Shown here one piece after another: positions 16,616 to 18,271 of a DNA stretch of 18,271 nt (the stretch's first letter is position 1; each line of letters begins with the position of its first letter). The notes under the pieces were generated by a model that made no database searches, was not told the origin of the DNA, and saw only the letters and a list, made by a program, of their open reading frames with translations. The stretch covers positions 1-18,271 of the forward strand of contig JANNVQ010000016.1 in the NCBI GenBank assembly GCA_031414535.1. The letters run 5' to 3'. This DNA is from Gemmatimonas sp. GTDB taxonomy: Bacteria; Gemmatimonadota; Gemmatimonadetes; Gemmatimonadales; Gemmatimonadaceae. Made by a program: the position numbers and the translations under genes.

Positions 16616-16819
16616 ATGGCCGACGCCCCCGACATCCGCGACGACGCGAAGCGACTCGTCGACCAGCTCCCCAAAGGGGCGGGCTGGGATGATCTCGCGT
16701 ATGAGGTCTATGTGCGCCAGGCCATCGAACAGGGCCTCGCGGATGCGGCGGCCGGTCGCACCGTCGACCACGACACCGCTCTCGCTCGCGTCCGCGCGCG
16801 CATTCGTCGTCCGGCCTAG
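16616..16819 (+). CDS. Putative antitoxin (ParD-like, 67 aa)
   Basis: AKRLVDQLP...WDDLAYEVYVRQAIEQGLADAAAGRTVDH pattern of ParE-associated antitoxins; overlaps the toxin start by 1 nt; candidate promoter TTGCGC-N17-CAGGTT at 16581-16609. Confidence 0.78.
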   Translation: MADAPDIRDDAKRLVDQLPKGAGWDDLAYEVYVRQAIEQGLADAAAGRTVDHDTALARVRARIRRPA

Positions 16820-17109
16820 TGCTCCCGTTCCGCTGGACGGAGCGCGCGGTCACGGACCTCGCGGGCATTGCCGACTTCATCAGCCGTACCTCTGACATCT
16901 ACGCCGAAGGCGTGGTCGCCCACATCGACTATCGCCTGCAGTTGCTCCGTGCGCATCCGCTCATGGGCAAGCACGCCCCAGAAGCCGAGGATCTCGACGT
17001 GCGCGAGTTGGTCATCGAGAATCATCGCGTGTTCTACAAAGTGCACGTGGACGCCATCGAACTCCTGGCCATCGTGCACGGCCGTCAGCAAACACCGCGC
17101 GCGTTCTAG
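16819..17109 (+). CDS. RelE/ParE family type II toxin
   Basis: WTERAVTDL..IADFI, L..HPLMG, RELVIENHRVFY, IELLAIVHGRQ; 96 aa. Confidence 0.88.
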   Translation: MLPFRWTERAVTDLAGIADFISRTSDIYAEGVVAHIDYRLQLLRAHPLMGKHAPEAEDLDVRELVIENHRVFYKVHVDAIELLAIVHGRQQTPRAF

Positions 17110-17126
17110 TCGCGTCCGCGGCGGCC

Positions 17127-17262
17127 GTGTAACGACGCTTGCTGCCGACAGCCGCGGTTAAGGATGCAGTTGTGGGGCGTTCGCACTATTCTATGGGACG
17201 TCCTGCGGCCGCCCCACAACTGCTTTTTATGGAAGCGGCTGCAGCAGAAGCATACGTTATGG
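17127..17262 (+). repeat. attC site 5 (136 bp)
   Basis: R'' GTGTAAC, R' GTTATGG; differs from attC2 at only about 8 internal positions by manual alignment. Confidence 0.93.
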
Positions 17263-17275
17263 AGACCATGGCAAG

Positions 17276-18187
17276 TTGAGTGAGCCGGCCAATGAAAAGC
17301 GGTCAGTCCGCGGCGAATCGTGGCTATCCGACCTCGGTTGGCTCGCAGCCGTCTCGTGGCTCATTGGCCTCGTGTCGAGTCGAGCGTATCACGCCTTCCG
17401 CGGAATTCCCACCGATGGAGCGCCAGCCTACCTCGACGTAACCCTAGTGTTGCTCGGAGGTCTCGCGAGCCTCGGAATCGTCTCGACCATGGTCGGCACC
17501 GTGGTGGTCCTGAAGTTTGACCCTCCGTCAGTCGACCGGCGCGTCTGGGAGCGACGGGTGTCGGACGAGCCGCCCATCTTCAGTTTTCGCACCTTCAGAA
17601 TTCTTCGGACGCCCCTCTGGGCGGTCCTTCTCCTAGCACCCGCGATTCTTTACGGCTTCTTCCTAGTGCTGGTTACCGGTGGTGACGTTCGCGGCTCGCT
17701 GTTCATACTCACAACAATCACCATTCCCGGCACTCTACTTCTAGGTGGCCCGGCGATCTGGAAGGGCGGAGATGTCCTGAGTGAACCTACGTCTGACGAA
17801 GGCGGAGAGGCGCTTCGAGTGATTGCGCGGGTTCGACACAGCGCAGATTCCCACTTCATTGTGAGCAGGCTCCTGCTCTTCTTTGGCATTCTGTACGGTC
17901 CGTTCCTCATGCCGATAGTTCCGCAGTCGTTCGGCGGAGCACGACCAGTAGCAGTGATGCTTTCGCCGCAGGACCCTGGCTCCGCAACGCTTCTGAGTCG
18001 CGTTTCAGCGCCGGACAGTATTGTTTACATCCTGGCATCTACTGAACAGAGTGTCGTGCTGACCGCGAGCCCATCTTTCACCGCAAGAATCACAGTCATT
18101 CCCCGCTCTGACATGCCGTGGTACTCGCGTATGCCACTCGAAGCGCTCCGAGGAAGTGAACTCACGCCTAGGCTCGCGGCTCCATAA
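17276..18187 (+). CDS. Cassette-encoded hypothetical multi-pass membrane protein
   Basis: 303-aa ORF with about five hydrophobic segments filling the cassette; stop TAA inside R'' of attC6; start (TTG) uncertain. Confidence 0.65.
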   Translation: MSEPANEKRSVRGESWLSDLGWLAAVSWLIGLVSSRAYHAFRGIPTDGAPAYLDVTLVLLGGLASLGIVSTMVGTVVVLKFDPPSVDRRVWERRVSDEPPIFSFRTFRILRTPLWAVLLLAPAILYGFFLVLVTGGDVRGSLFILTTITIPGTLLLGGPAIWKGGDVLSEPTSDEGGEALRVIARVRHSADSHFIVSRLLLFFGILYGPFLMPIVPQSFGGARPVAVMLSPQDPGSATLLSRVSAPDSIVYILASTEQSVVLTASPSFTARITVIPRSDMPWYSRMPLEALRGSELTPRLAAP

Positions 18188-18271
18188 CGCCGCTTGCTGC
18201 CGACGAGCGCAGGTGCGGTAGCGGGTGTGGGGGGGCGGGGGGGTAAAAATTAGAGTTTTTGGGGGGCGCCC
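18182..18271 (+). repeat. attC site 6 (left half only; truncated)
   Basis: CCATAACGCCGCTTGCTGCCGACGAGCGCAGGTGCGG matches the left arm of the other sites; the remainder degrades into homopolymer runs at the window end. Confidence 0.75.

Larger units (their letters stand above)
1..18271 (+). mobile_element. Integron gene-cassette array (six attC sites; no intI/attI in window, so a CALIN or the distal part of a larger integron)
   Basis: Six co-oriented, related imperfect palindromes beginning ..TAAC; five are complete and end GTTA... Several gene stop codons fall inside the TAAC box (53, 787, 18187). Two TA cassettes are present. Confidence 0.93.

Noticed and set aside
18222..18271. G-rich tract as a G-quadruplex or special motif
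   Set aside because: Homopolymer runs at the very end, where the rest of attC6 is expected; most likely low-quality contig-end sequence.

Overview
This GC-rich bacterial window is part of an integron gene-cassette array. No integrase or attI site is visible. Six related attC sites (TAAC-GAC-GCTTGCTG...CAGCAGAAGC-ACAC-GTTA type) lie at 48, 782, 1625, 16454, 17127 and 18182; the last is truncated. They delimit five cassettes: (1) a secreted hypothetical protein; (2) an AbrB/MazE-Doc toxin-antitoxin pair on the minus strand; (3) a ~14.8 kb, 13-ORF unit; (4) a ParD-like/RelE-ParE toxin-antitoxin pair; (5) a membrane hypothetical protein. The 14.8 kb unit carries DUF2911, YnfA, a His/Cys-rich RPP-ending leader ORF, czcCBA, a P-II protein, a CzcP-like P1B-4 ATPase, a separately promoted di-haem protein/Rieske/beta-barrel operon with a 15-bp perfect palindromic operator, and two small genes. 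Its ends carry the same cognate 9-bp R'/R'' complementarity as the ordinary cassettes, so it looks like one giant heavy-metal homeostasis cassette flanked by two TA cassettes. All family calls come from motif recognition by eye; no database searches were run.
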